Virus record (IMG/VR): IMGVR_UViG_3300009009_000011
Location: 37,842-101,841 of that record
Strand: one strand, 5' to 3'
DNA from: a virus
DNA length: 64,000 nt
This document shows positions 46,062 to 60,200 of the stretch, one piece after another (within the stretch, counting starts at the first letter, position 1; each line of letters starts with the position of its first letter). A program made the position numbers and the translations under genes. The notes under the pieces were generated by a model. The model ran no database searches and was not told where the DNA came from. It was given only the letters and a program-made list of their open reading frames with translations.

Positions 46062-48203
46062 ATGCAGACAAATCGATTTGAACAACCTCTAGCAGCACAA
46101 TTTGTAAATACATACGTGCCTATACCATTTGAGCAGATGATGCAAGCTGGTCAGATGAAGCAAGAGAGATATGATAAGGCTGCCGGGGCTACAGATGCCC
46201 TTATAGGGGCAATGGATGATATTACAGCAATACCTAATTCTGCAGATGAACTTCGTGCTAAGGACTATGCTAATAAAATGCGTTCAATACGTGACAAGTA
46301 TCTTACAAGAGATTTGTCTGACCCATTTGTACAGCGTGAGTTAAGTAATGAGATCAACAATAATATTAATAAAGAAGATATAAAACATATACAGCAGTCA
46401 TACCAAGGTTATTTAAATTATAATAAAATATTATCTGACTACGCAGCAAAGGGTGTAGATCCTCCACCGGAAATGTTAGAGAGATTTAGTGGTTATGATT
46501 CTACTGTTAAAGGTGTATTTACAGGTACTCCACAGCAGCAATTAGATGTTTATGGTGATACTAGGAAGTTCTTTGAGGACATGGAAATGCAGTATCAAGG
46601 AGTTGTTGATTTGTCTCCTGGTGTTAAGGGACTTAAGCACGCAGTAACAGAAGAGCGTATATTAGAACATGCTAAGAATAATATAGGTGCTTATATGGCG
46701 TTACCATCTGTTAGGCAACATGTAGAGGTAATGAAAAGGCGTGGACTTGATGAAGGTAAATCTCGTGAGCAATTAGCTTTTGAATATGTACAAAATCATG
46801 CACCTGAATTTGCTAGGTCTGCTGTTAGTAATCCATTTGAAGACCCGAATTATGTACCTGGTGGTGGTACAGGTAATCCTACTGGTCAGTCAGAGCCAGA
46901 AACATTTGGTAGAGGACCTGCCGAAGGGGAAGACTTTAAGAAACGTCAAATGATGAAGGATTATAATAGTCTTGTTGAACGTTATAAAGAAGGGGATACT
47001 TCTGTTAAAAATGATATAGACGAGATTGAAGCAGCTTGGGCAAATGCTGGAAATGTTCCTAGAGAGGGTTCTAAGACTACACCAAATGAAAATATTGAGA
47101 GGTATCAAACAGAAGGAGAAGCGTTGTTTCAAGCTACATTAGATGTTTTAGTTGATAAAGGGATGCCAGAAGACGAAGCTTTTCTTTATTTAGAATCTAA
47201 TGCGTCAGAACCTTTAATAAATATGTATAAGAGTGGTTCTAAAGCAGGTGTAATGTATATTAATGATCCATTACTTAAAGGTAAGGTAGAAAATATTGCA
47301 GATGCTTATAGGCTTAATTATTTTTCTAATCCGTTGATGCCAATGGAAGATAAGAAACGCAAAGAAATTTTTAATGAATATCAAAAAGCCAATTTATCCA
47401 ATGAACAAATATTAGCAGATTATGTAGGTAAGTCTAATGATTTGACTAAGAAAATTTCAAAAGAGCAAGACAACATAGAAAAATATAAGTTACAAGAATA
47501 CAATAAGTTACAGCCTACACAAGATACATATACTATTGTTAATGGTATGTTTGCTTATAATAAAAATATAGGCGCTTTTGAAGGCACTTATTTTGACAAA
47601 AACGGGGTATCTAAAAAGTATTCTAGTATATCTAGTAAAAAGGTAACTGATACTATTTATAATCCAAATAATTATGAAAAATCCTTCTTTGATGAAAAAG
47701 GTAAACCTATTAAAAAATCTGAAAAAATTAAAGAAGCAATAGCAAATAGTTCTGGTTTTACAATTACTGGGTTGGATAATAATGTAACAGATTCTCATAA
47801 GGCTAAAATAAAGATTAATATGCTTAACGAAAGTGGAATGCCTAGTGGTAGTAATTTTATAGTAGAGATACCTTTTGATAGTGATAAAGAATTATCAAGT
47901 TTTGTTAGAGAATTAACTAACAGGAATCAAACTAAAACAAAATTTCAACAACTCACAGTACCAAGTGTAAAAGCGGCTTTAGATGGTGTAGCTATATATG
48001 ATGGTGAAGAAATAAGTCTTACAAAATTGGGAGCAATAGGGGAATCTCCTAACAATAAAATAGTATTTGAAAGGTATGGACAATCTCCTTTAATAATGCC
48101 AGTTTTAATAAAAGATGGTATACGTCAAGAAATGACTAAGCAACCAGTTGGTTTAAAGAATTTACCTTTTGCCATTACTAATTATTTATACAATATTATT
48201 TAA
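46062..48203 (+). CDS. virion cargo protein
   Basis: NRF...FVNTYVPIPFE N-terminus; precedes the RNAP. Confidence 0.6.
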   Translation: MQTNRFEQPLAAQFVNTYVPIPFEQMMQAGQMKQERYDKAAGATDALIGAMDDITAIPNSADELRAKDYANKMRSIRDKYLTRDLSDPFVQRELSNEINNNINKEDIKHIQQSYQGYLNYNKILSDYAAKGVDPPPEMLERFSGYDSTVKGVFTGTPQQQLDVYGDTRKFFEDMEMQYQGVVDLSPGVKGLKHAVTEERILEHAKNNIGAYMALPSVRQHVEVMKRRGLDEGKSREQLAFEYVQNHAPEFARSAVSNPFEDPNYVPGGGTGNPTGQSEPETFGRGPAEGEDFKKRQMMKDYNSLVERYKEGDTSVKNDIDEIEAAWANAGNVPREGSKTTPNENIERYQTEGEALFQATLDVLVDKGMPEDEAFLYLESNASEPLINMYKSGSKAGVMYINDPLLKGKVENIADAYRLNYFSNPLMPMEDKKRKEIFNEYQKANLSNEQILADYVGKSNDLTKKISKEQDNIEKYKLQEYNKLQPTQDTYTIVNGMFAYNKNIGAFEGTYFDKNGVSKKYSSISSKKVTDTIYNPNNYEKSFFDEKGKPIKKSEKIKEAIANSSGFTITGLDNNVTDSHKAKIKINMLNESGMPSGSNFIVEIPFDSDKELSSFVRELTNRNQTKTKFQQLTVPSVKAALDGVAIYDGEEISLTKLGAIGESPNNKIVFERYGQSPLIMPVLIKDGIRQEMTKQPVGLKNLPFAITNYLYNII

Positions 48204-48208
48204 TGTAA

Positions 48209-51200
48209 ATGAATAATAACATATTAAAAAGTCCTCAAGGAGAAATATTAAACGACACTCCCTTGGGTACTGAACCTATAAACTCTATGACAGGGTTAGA
48301 GGAAGGTCCAAAATTTAAAATAGATGTCGACAAATTTAAAAATGCAGGAGCATTATCTCGTCAAGAGCTTATAGGTCGTATACATACAGACGATGTAGAA
48401 ATACCTAAAGCTGTTTATAGAATTTTGGATGATATGTATCACCCCGAATTCGATCCCGAGTATAATGCTATTTTGCTTTCTAGGGAACAGACTAATGCTG
48501 GTAAATTTGTTGCTGCACTCAATCAAGCCGTTGTTGGTGAGATGTTTGCAGGTACATTAGAAGGGTTATCATATTTGGTAGATCTTCCTATGATGGTGGA
48601 TTTAGCAGAGGGTACTGAACAAGAGTTTGGTAATGCTTTAACTGATTTTGCTAAAGGGATTAAGGGGTGGACTCGTGAGGCTACTCCTGTATTTACAGAT
48701 CCGACAGCACCTAAATTTAATCCTACATCTTGGGAATGGTGGATGTCTAATGCTCCGTCCATTGCGTCTAGTATATCTTTAGCATTACCTGCAGTAGGTG
48801 GTATGAAAGCCTTATCTGCGGTTGGTAAATTGGTTGGTATGACTGGTAAGGCTGGTAAGTATAGCAAGTTATTTAGTACTGCTACTGGTCAGGCCATTAT
48901 GTCAAGGCACATGGAGAGTTTGATGGAAGCTAGTGGTGATCATCAACAGAATATTGAAATAGCTAAGCAAAAATTGTATCAGAAATATGCTAATCAAATA
49001 GATTCTGAGATTAAATTATTACCTGTATTTACTCCGGTGGACCCAGAATTAGGTCCTAAGCCAGGGCAATATACACAGGAACAATATCAAAAGGATTTAA
49101 ATAGAATAAAAAACAAATGGGAGTCTGTTGTATCAGAAGAGGCTTCTAAGATTGCTGCAGTGTCAGCTTCTAATACTTATGCTAAAAACTGGGTTATGTT
49201 ATTACAAGACATACCAGAGTATATGTTATTAGGTAGGCTAATTAAACCAGGTGTTAAAGGTATAGCAAAAGAGGCAGTTGAGAATTCTGCAGAAGTTGCT
49301 AAGCGAGTTGGTATGGATATGCCAAAGTTCTATGCCAGTAAGGTTGCTAAACAAATAGGCAACATGGCTGGTGAAGGGTTGGTAGAAGAAAATTATCAGT
49401 TCTTAGTAAATAAGCAGTCTGCTAATATGATAGCTAACTTGGATAATCCTGAAAAGAAGAATTCGTTAGTATCTGTGTTAGGAGATGAGTATGATAATGG
49501 TGAACTTTGGACTAATATATTTTTTGGTGCTTTAGGGGCTGGTGCTATGCAAGCTACTATGGCAGGTCTAAATGCTAAAGCGTTTTCAGAGGCTGCAAAG
49601 ACTAAGATTAAGAATATTAATACTTGGTCTACATTAATGTATAAACTTAAATCTGATTATGTAGCAGCTGAGGAACTTGGTGATGAGGCGCTGAAAGAAG
49701 CAGCTATACAGAATTTTGTAGCTGCTACAGGTCTTAAGTCTATAGAGCTAGGCAATAAGGAGCATTTACTTAATATGATAGATGCTTTAGCCAGTGGTGA
49801 TGAGAATGTGTTGCTTAATTATGAAATGGAATCTGGTACTAGGTCTTTCATGAAGGGGCATAACGAAATAGCTACAGACTTAAAGAAATCTATAGAGAGT
49901 ATAGATAAGAAGTATAAAGATGCTATGCTTGAAGTTGTTGGTAAGGGGGTTGAAGAAAACAAAGCCAGACCAATAGCTAGGTCAATTGCACATGCTAACC
50001 ACATGTTAGAGTTTTTAAATGGCAAACAGAAGCAAGCACAGGAGAATTTAAAAGGGTTACAAGTATTAGGGTATAATACACCAACCCCAGAGAATGAACA
50101 ATTATCTATAGAAGGTCAACAAATATTTGCAGCACGTCATGAGAAAGATGTACTGAATAAAAGGATATCTCAGTTAGATAAAAGGGCCGCTAATAATAGG
50201 GCTACAGAAGCTGAGAAGAACTCTTTAGGTAAAATAAAACAGGGTTTACAAAAGAGAGTTAAGGAGATAAGTGATGAAGCAAAGGAGCTTGGTAAAAGCC
50301 CTAATGTTTCAGAAGATCAAAGGGTTGTTGATAAAAAACTACTTGGTACAGAAAAGAAATCAGGTGTTATATCTCAGTCTGATGTAAGTAATTATTTAAA
50401 TGCACAAGAGGCATTAGAGTCTTACAACGTTGGTATTGAAGAATTTAAAGACCAATTAGAGCAAGCTAGGTTAACAGCAGATGAATTAGGTAAGAAGAAG
50501 CCTGATAGCAAACCTACTACACCAAGCAAACCTACAACAGAGGATGATGGTAAAGTATTTAAAGGTAGTGTAGTTAGCTACAAAGATCCTGAGACAGGTG
50601 AAGATAGACTTGGTGTTGTTGATGAAGTAGAGTACGCTACAAAGGACTCTAAGGGGCAAGATATTGTACCAAAGTTAGAAAGTGCTGATAATTTTTACAC
50701 TGTAACATCTTTAGACGAAAGGGATAAAGGTAAACAGGTACACTTATCAGGACTTAGTATAAAGCCTGTATCTCCAGAAACTGTTAAAGAGATAGATAAT
50801 GGGTTAGCAGAGGATGATACCGATGATTGGGATGCTTATGTTAAATCTACAGTGTTTGGTGCAATAAGTATCAAAGATGCACACAGGCGTAAAACAAACA
50901 CCCACAAATCGCCTAGTCAAGAGTCAGAGAAAGGTCTGATGGAATTTGTTTCATGGGCACATTATGAAGATGTGACCGATGAAGAGGCTAAAGAATTAGT
51001 AAATAATGGTCAGACACCTAAGCTTATTATACGTAATGAAGGTTTTAATAAGTTTATATCTAATCCAGAAAATCAGAAATATTTAGATAATGCTACTGCA
51101 GAATTTTCTATTGATGTAGAAAACAAAGATTTTAAGGCAAAGTTAAAGGAGTGGAAGTCTGAAAAAGGTCTTCATAAGAATTTACCAAAAGGGTATGTTG

Positions 51201-54200
51201 AACTTATAGAGGAGTTCTTAAAGGGCAAGAAACAATTGTCTGCTGAGAATTTAAAAGTATTATCGTCTATACCCTCTTTTTATGGGGAACTCCCTATATC
51301 TGTTAGGTTAACTATAAATGGTAAGCCGTTTACAGAGGGGTTATATCTTCATACATTAAGTAAAACGTTAGGTTCTTTAACTAATAAAGACGTATACAAG
51401 GCTTATAAGGATATGCGTCTTGCTATTGTTAAGCATCTTATTAAAGGAGATAAAATATATACCAAAGGTTTATCAACAAACCGTGGTAATCCATTAAACA
51501 TAGACAAATCTAATTCTGTTGATTCTCGTAAACGTAATGTTGCAGAAACATTAAAAACACCGGTTAATGAATTAGAATTATATGTACTTAAATCATCTAC
51601 AAAGTTATCAAAGCAGATACGTAGTGCCAAGACACCGGATGAAAAGGTAACAGATGAATACGAAAACCCTAGGTTAGTTAAGTCTGCAGAAGAGACAGTG
51701 GTGATGGATTTTAATTCATCTTCTACTGGTTCTGTGTTTGCTAAGACTAGTTTAACAGTTAATGGCAAACCTTTTGCAGTTAAACTAAACAAGTCGTTTG
51801 TTTCTCGTGATCATGCGTTTCTTTTATTCCATGCCTTTAGTAATTTAGCTAAGAGTGAAGTACGTGGGTTAGGCAAGATAGTTCCTAGAACAGATGAGAA
51901 GTCTGGTAAGGATGATATAGGTTATTATAATACACCACTTGGGTCTACTAAGGAAGATAAAGAGGGTGAGAATGTTATTGATAATATCTCTGCAGGAGAA
52001 TTATTAGATCTGTTAGTTGTACATGGTGAAGAATTAACTAATCCAGATAGCGAAAGGTATTCTGGGGTTAATGAATATAAGCGTATGTCAGAAAGGCACA
52101 GATTTGCTTTGAAAAACAAGCGGCTGTTTCTTAAACGTGGATATGATGATAAGGGTAATATAAATGCTGTTTACTTGTGTTATGGTGTATCAGTAGAACC
52201 ACACCCAATAAATACTTCTACACCGGGTACTACAAAGCTGGTTGATTATAATGTTATTGATTTAACGTCTCCTGTTGGTAATAGTAAGGATGGTATAGCC
52301 TATCAATCTAGTGTTGAGAGTTTTGTAGATTGGGTATCTGGTAAATATGACCTAAAAACTAAAAAACTTATTAGTGCTCCTAATAAAACATATGCTGTAC
52401 ATTTAGAACATAAAAGAATAGGTCAGAAATTAAACGGTTCATTTTTACAAGGTCGTAGTTTTAGGCTAGGTAAAAAGGGTTTAAAGGTACAAGTAAAAGA
52501 TGTTATGTATAAAGGGTTTGATTATACATCTACATCTGAAATACTTCGTAAACCAGGCGAATCTTATGTTGAGTTTCTTGTCAATAATGGTTTTGTTACA
52601 ACTGATTTAGAGGCCAAAGATGGTCTGTTATTTGACACTCCATTTGTTAAACTTGGGTTAGATAGGACAGCATCTAACTTTGGTATAATTGTTGGTGAAC
52701 CAGATAAGGCAGAGACTAAAGTTGCATCTACAGAGGTAACAGAGGAGACAGATAAGAATGTTACAGTTACAGAAGAGGTTAAAGTAGATAAGCCAAAGGC
52801 AACAAAGAAAGTCAAAGGTAAAAAGTCTGTATCTGATGTTATGAATAAAGGTCAGGTACATCTTAGGGAACGTAAGATTTCTGTACGTAAGCCTTATGAT
52901 AAGCAAGACTTAGAAAAAGAGTTGTCGTGGGTACGTAAGAAATTAAATATTAAAGACGTTGAAGTTGAAAAGCGTTTATCTAACATGATGTTACATGGTA
53001 AACGTGCATGGGCTATATATTCTAGTGAAGCTATAAAACTATATGAATTAGCAGAAAGTGGTACTATATACCACGAAGGTTTTCACAGAGTTAGTCTAGG
53101 TTACTTTACTAAACAAGAGCGTGAGGCTATATATAGATCTGCTAGGCAGTTATATAGAATGTCTAAAGAAGAGTTTACAGATAACCAAGTTGAGGAGAAA
53201 TTAGCAGAGGAGTTTCGTGATTTTGTACTAATGAAAGGTAAGGAGTCACAACCTAGTATTATTAAACGCATATTCCAAGAGATTGTAGATTTTATAAAGG
53301 CTGTATTTTATAGGGTAGCTGGTAAAGGGTTAACACACTCTGACATAGAGAGACTGTTTAATCAGATTTATTCTGGTCGTTACAGGTTCTCTAACATACG
53401 TTCAGAGAATTTGGGTGTTGAGCCGAGGTTAAGAGAGTTAATGGGTTTACAGTTTGATACCATATCTTCGTATAAGGACATAACAGATATTACTAAATAT
53501 CTATCTTGTAGGTTGTTTGCAGCAAATAAGATTAGTGACTTAAGTAAGGTGCGTAAAATTAAATGGCAGCCCTTAATTAATGATTTAAATAACACTATAA
53601 GTGAATTACAGAGCATAATAGAAGATGAAGAAACATCAGAGGCTGAGCGCAATGTTGCTTTAAAGTCTCAGTCCTTATTGAAAGATGTACTTGGTGAAAA
53701 AGGAGAGAATGGCGAGTATTCTAAATTTAATTCTTTTAAATATTATATAAGCAAATTCCTTCGTAGTAACGGTATTATACACAGGGAACGGGATACAGAC
53801 AATGATGAGTTTTTTGATTCAGATGATTTTTTTGCATCATTAGACTCAGAAGAGAAGTCGGTACGCCTTGGTTCTTTTGGTGATGTTGATTACTTTAAGC
53901 CATTAAAAGAAAATGCATTAGCAAACGTTAAATTTGTTATAAATACATTACACGAATCTGATGATATTAATGAGTCTACTGGTTTAGTTGGATTTGTTAA
54001 TGGTAATAAGGTATGGGCTAAGCTGTTGAATGACATTATCAAGTATGATGATGTATATGAAATGATTGACGAGATCAAAGCAGTAGGTGAACGTGAAGAG
54101 TATTATCCATATATAGAATTAGCCTCTTATTTAGAGAAGTCAAGCGAATCGTTCAGGACTCAGTTCCAAACAACCTTTGAGGCACACAGACATGAGTTTA

Positions 54201-57200
54201 TAAATGCTTCATTTCATAGGATAAAGTCTGGTGAAGGCTCTAATGCTGGTATTAATATAACGTTTGATGACGCTGCACACTCTGAATTAAAACGTGGTAC
54301 TGCTCTAAGGTGGGCAGAATATATACTGTATGATAATAAAATTATTGAGGGTGTTAAAGAAGAAGATACTTCTGTAAGGGATAAGAAAGTAAATAAAGAT
54401 TTCTTTACAGAACTTGCATCAGATTATAGGGATGTAGTAGAAGGTTATTATAGAGAGGTCAGCAACAACGGGCGTAATGAGTTATCAGACACTGAATTAG
54501 AAGAGTTGTACACTAGGGTAGCTAGGGCTTTATCTAAGATGCATATTGATGTAAGTACCTCTGTATTACGTAGGTATACACATAATATCAATCCAGACAA
54601 CCAATTACAGGATAACTTAGAAGTTGCTATATCTAATATATTGGATATGCTATCCCCTGAAACTATAACAGAGGATGATAAACCAACAACCCCTATGGGT
54701 AACATACACTTCTTATCGTTGGCTACAGCTTATGCTGAAGTTAATACACACGAAGAAGCTGGTATGGTGCTAGGTCCACAAGGTGGGTCTTTTTACAGGT
54801 ATGCTAAACTTAATCATGCTACAGATATAGTTCGTAAAATAAAACGTGGTCCTAAGTGGGCACAAGATAAACTTTCCAGGCGTTATAATGGTCATTCAAG
54901 AATAATGAATTCATTTGTTCCTGGTGAAACAGTTAATGAAGAACAAGCAAAACTTAACAGAAGTAAGTTTAAATTAGTTACATTAGCTGCATTTAAATCT
55001 GGGGCAAGGGCGGATCGTGGTCGTGAATATTTGAAGATAAATACAATTGAAGATTATTTACTTAAGGCCAATTCTGTTCTTAAAGGCGGACTGTTACCAT
55101 TCCCTATTATAGCTAATAGGCAGACTTATTATTTTATGCAAGGTGTTAAGCTTGTAGGTATAAAGGATGCTGAAGGAGATATATTACATGTCATAAAGAG
55201 TTCCGATAAGGATGGCAATGTACAGTTTACAGACGAGGTGTTAGATTTATTCTATGGTTATTACTTAGATGAGAAAGATAGAATTGACAAAGCTGTAATT
55301 GAACGTAACGAATATGAGGCTGAGAATAAAAGGTTACAGGATCTTAAAAAACAACCAGGGGTAGACATAAAGAGTATAGATAAGCAGATAAGGGCTTTAA
55401 AACACAAGCTTATAGCTAATTATCATTATCGTGGTAACTATAATTTAAAGCAAGGCAACGCTTATTATTTTATACACTTTAAAGGCTTTGAAGGGCTACA
55501 AACCCCAGAGGAAGTTCGTACCAAGATAAATAACTTACTTAATGATAGGCTAAAGGATGATATAAGGTTCTTATATGATCAACAAATTATAGGGTCAAAT
55601 ACAGAAAAAGAGCGTAAAGAGTCTGGTGAATTGTTATTATACAACAAACTGTTTGATCAGAGTATGGTGGACAATCACAGGATGTTAGAAGAACAGCCAC
55701 ACAACTTTGCAATGTTATCTGTAATATCCAAAGTCATGGTTAATACTATGATGGGTATTGTGGAGTCTGAGAAAATGTTTCTTGGGGACCCTGCCTTATT
55801 TAAGCGTAATAAACGTGGTCAGGACCGGGCAATGGAAGGTAAACTTACAGACTCCGAGTTTGATGTATATGAAGATGTATACAAACGTTGGTTTGGTGTA
55901 GGTTCTACTGGTACAAGGTTAAGGGCTAAGTATAATGGTAGGGGTAATACATATAATGTTTCTGTATTCAACACACAGTCTTTTGAGTCAAAGTACTACC
56001 CAGAGTTTGTAGAGAAACACACAGGCTTGTATGAGAAACTTTTAAAAAACAGGTTATCAAAAGAAGAACTTGCAGATGGATCAAAGTTAAAAGATATACA
56101 AGAATTAGCAAAAACATTAGCAGAGAGTAGGCTTAGTAAGTTTAGAAAGGTTGATGCTACCGATGGTATGGCATTGATATCTCCTTATATGTATAAGCAG
56201 ATATTAGACCGTATGGGTATTTGGGGTAAGGATGCAAGGTTAGAAAGGGCTTATAATTTACTGCAGTCTGATAAAGAGTTAACTCCAGAAGAAATAATTG
56301 AGGCTAGCAATATTGTATTCAATCCTTTGAAGACAATGTATATGGGCAACCACAATTTTAATGGGGTTGATTTGCTTATTTACAACAAAATGGCTATGTT
56401 CACCTTGTTTAGGCAGCATGTTAAAGGCACACATCTAGAAAAGGTGTTGGACCGCATGGAGTCTAAAAAGGAATTTAAGAACTTAGAAAAGGTAGATGTA
56501 TATAACTTTAATAGTGCTGTCAAAGTAGGCGCATTGGCCGGTGTTGATTTATTTGAGAATGAAAATACTAGGAATAAAACAACAGACTTCTCTGAGTCTT
56601 TAGTATTCCAGCAGTCTTTTGACAATTTAAAACATCAGCAAGTTACAGATCCACACGATTCAGCTAGGCAGAACTTTGGTACAGCTGGTATCAAAATTGG
56701 TATGGCAGATATAGATATGAACTCTCCTTACGGTTCGTTTAAGACCGGTAGAGAGTTATTAGAAGCTATGTCAGAATCTAGGGTTGCTGCTAGTGATTTT
56801 GGTGTACACAAGGTTAATGCTAAGTTTGGTATAGTTAATGGTAAAGTATCACAGAAGGTCTTTACTAATACTTTACGTCAGGATGCAGAGTCTGCTAACA
56901 AATCGCAAGACGTTGTTGAATCGTTTAAGGTAGGGGCAGATGGTAAAAAGTATTTAGAACTAGACTCTTATCCTAACAGACGTTGGATATACTCTAGGAT
57001 AAAATCTCTTGTAGATGATGAGACGGTTACGTTATCTACACCAGGTAATCAGCTTTATCAGATGTCTGATTATGGCATGGGTACGCATAATTATAAATCT
57101 GATTTACAGATGACAAGGTCAAAAGCTGGTTCATCTACAGTATATGCTATGGAATGTAGGGTGTCAGCTCGGTTATTTAAGGCGTTTTTCCCTGCTGGGC

Positions 57201-60200
57201 ATGTTATTACACAAGAGGATTTACAGAAATTATTGGATGATGAAACTCTTATATTTGGGTACCGTGTACCTACACAAGGCCAGAACTCCATTGTTAAATT
57301 AAAGATAGTAGAGTTTCTGCCAGAACAAACCGGGGATATTATACAACTTCCTTTAGAGTTTACTGCACTTACTGGTTCTGACTTTGATATTGATAAATTA
57401 TTCGTAGCCATGTTTAATTATGAACATGAATATGATGGTGATGCATTTAAAGGGCTCAAGAAAGTTGCATTTAAAACAGATGAGAATAGTACTGCAGAAG
57501 AAAGGTATAAGGATAAAGTAATAGAGTTGTTTTCTGTGTATAGGCATAACCCAGACATGTTTGCTGGTGGGCTGCTGTCAAAATATTTTAAAGATTATGA
57601 TAACAAATTTAGGTTAAGTGATATAGAGTCTAAAATAGATTCTGTAAATGAAGAGTATGGGGAAGAGTTAGATTTATTGATGACTAGGCGTGAGTCTATG
57701 TTAGATAAACTTAGTAAGTCTAAAAATAAAGAGTACAATAAAGCTCTTGAAGATGATATAGCCACAGCTAATAGGCGGATAGAGGAGATACAGGAGATTG
57801 TATACAACATGCCTTTACAACGTAAGGTTGATAAGCAGTTAGAAGATGTGGATTATGAGATGTTGAAGGGCATTCTTATTAAGTCTGGTGTTTTACAGAA
57901 ATTAGAAGATTTTAAAAAGTTACCAATTTCATTCCAGAATACTAATGCCGCTTGTTGTAACAGGCTATTGGATTGTTTATTTACAGTGTTAAGTGATGAG
58001 AAACACTTCCTAAATATGACAACTCCTTTGGGGTCTTGCACAGATTTATTAGAAAACAAGTCTGCTTATTATGAGGAAGTTTATTCTAGGCAGAGTATTA
58101 GGAATGTACCTGCTCTGTTTACAACAACCCCGTCGTTTCAGGCACACACTAAGGAAAAATTTGCTGCATCCGTATTTGGTATAGCTCCGTATGCTTTAAA
58201 TAATAACAACCATTCATTAACTCAGATGGCAGATGTTTCCCTAAAATATGATATAGATTTAGGGTTTAATAAGAAAGGGGAAGTATCTTTAGCCAGAGTT
58301 ATGGGTGAAGATAACAGGGCTGTAACCTCGTGGATATCTGCTTTGATTGATATAAACGTGGACGGTGTTAATAAACCAACCGCAGCCCCGTTGAATATAA
58401 ATGAATCTACACACGATGTAGTGAACTTTTTAGTTCGTGCCGGTATTGGGGAACCTGTGTTTGATTTTATAGCACAGCCTGCCATAAGGAGCTATAGTTC
58501 TAATTTCTTTAAGTCTGCTACAGGTAGTAAACGTTTCAGTACTATTACGTCGATAGACTCTAAAGATCCTTTGGGGGATACTAGAGAAGAGTATGCAACT
58601 AATGCTGTTGATGGTGGCTTCTTTAAGAAAGAAGAATTAGAGTATGATATATTCTTAGAAAATTCGTTGATTCCATTAAGTGAACTTTTAAATGAGAGGT
58701 CTATACCTATTATGCGTGAAGATGCAAAAGCATTTAATAAAAGGTCTTTACGTACAAAGGGTTGGTATCAGCGTCAGTTATCTATATTGTGGCACTTAGG
58801 GGCTTTAAAAGAAGCCTCAGCCAAACTCAATGCATTTGTATTAGCCTGCAGGGTAGATACAAAAAAATATGGTTCAAAACCTACAGAAATATTACATTTC
58901 ATAAAATCTATACAGAATATTATAGACAGTGAAGATTTTACAAATGTTGAAAAAATACTAACAGCTAATCCTAATTATGAATACAAGGCTGGCGATACAT
59001 TTTTGCCTACACTCATAAGGAATAGTATGTTTAAGATATACGAAATATTAAAGTATGAAAGTTTATATTCGTCATATGGGTTTAGGAAGTTATTAGAGGA
59101 ATTAGTAACTGTTACCCCACAAGGAGAGTATAATAGAATGGGTTTATTAAATATGTTGTCAGAAGAACTGGTAACATTCTTTATGGGTAAGTTTTTTGCT
59201 GATCCTGTAAATGGTTTTGGTATGGATCATTCTAAATTAACTAAGTTATTATTCGAAAAACGTGGTAATAAGTTTTTTGAAATGTTAATTCAGTTAAAAA
59301 ATGGTACACACCCATTATCCAAAGAATTAGAGGGTAATGCTTTTATGGACTCTATAGTTGTAGACTTTTCCGATAATATACTTAAATTCAAGGATAATCG
59401 TGGCTCTGTTTATACATATATTAAAACGTTATATAGGTCATTGCGTGATGATTTAGAAAAGGATGAGCTGGTTGATTCGTTTAAACAGATAGTTTATAGT
59501 GATAAGAAAGAGCTGAGAGATCTTGGTATATATTTATATATGTATTCATTTTATACCTCTGCTTTTAGGGATAAGCGATTTTCTTATGCTTCGTGGATGC
59601 CTTTATCATTAAATAAAGAGCTTGAGTATGATGGTAGGGTTATTAGTTTAAATAATTTTGTTAGTGGTTTATTGAAAGAACTCAATGCACCAGATGGCTA
59701 TATTAAATATATCCAAGATGCTAAGAGAGATGTATTCTTAAATACTGCAGATACTTTCGCAACTGTCCCTAGTGTTGTGGACACCATTGTTGCAGAACGT
59801 TTTGTAACGAAGGATGATGAGCCTCTTATGATACGTTTGAGATATGAAGATATGCCTAAGAGTTTCTGGCTAGGTCGTAATGCAGATAAGAATCATGTGT
59901 TTATACCTTATGTAATAGACAGTTCTAATGATTTGTATGAGTATGTTGGTTATGACAGACATTCGTTAGATCCTTACTATGTTAACGTGCCATTTAAAGG
60001 GTTTGGTAATAAAGGTATTATGGCCCATGAGTATGGTATTAAGACTAAGAAGGGTGATATACGTTCTGTATTTGCAACAAATCATGCACAGAAGCTATTA
60101 CTTACCGTAGACCAAATGATCAATAAGGTATTAACAGATCCAAAACTTATGAGTGAATCTCAACGTAATTTGTTTAATGGTGTATCATTCGAGAATCAGA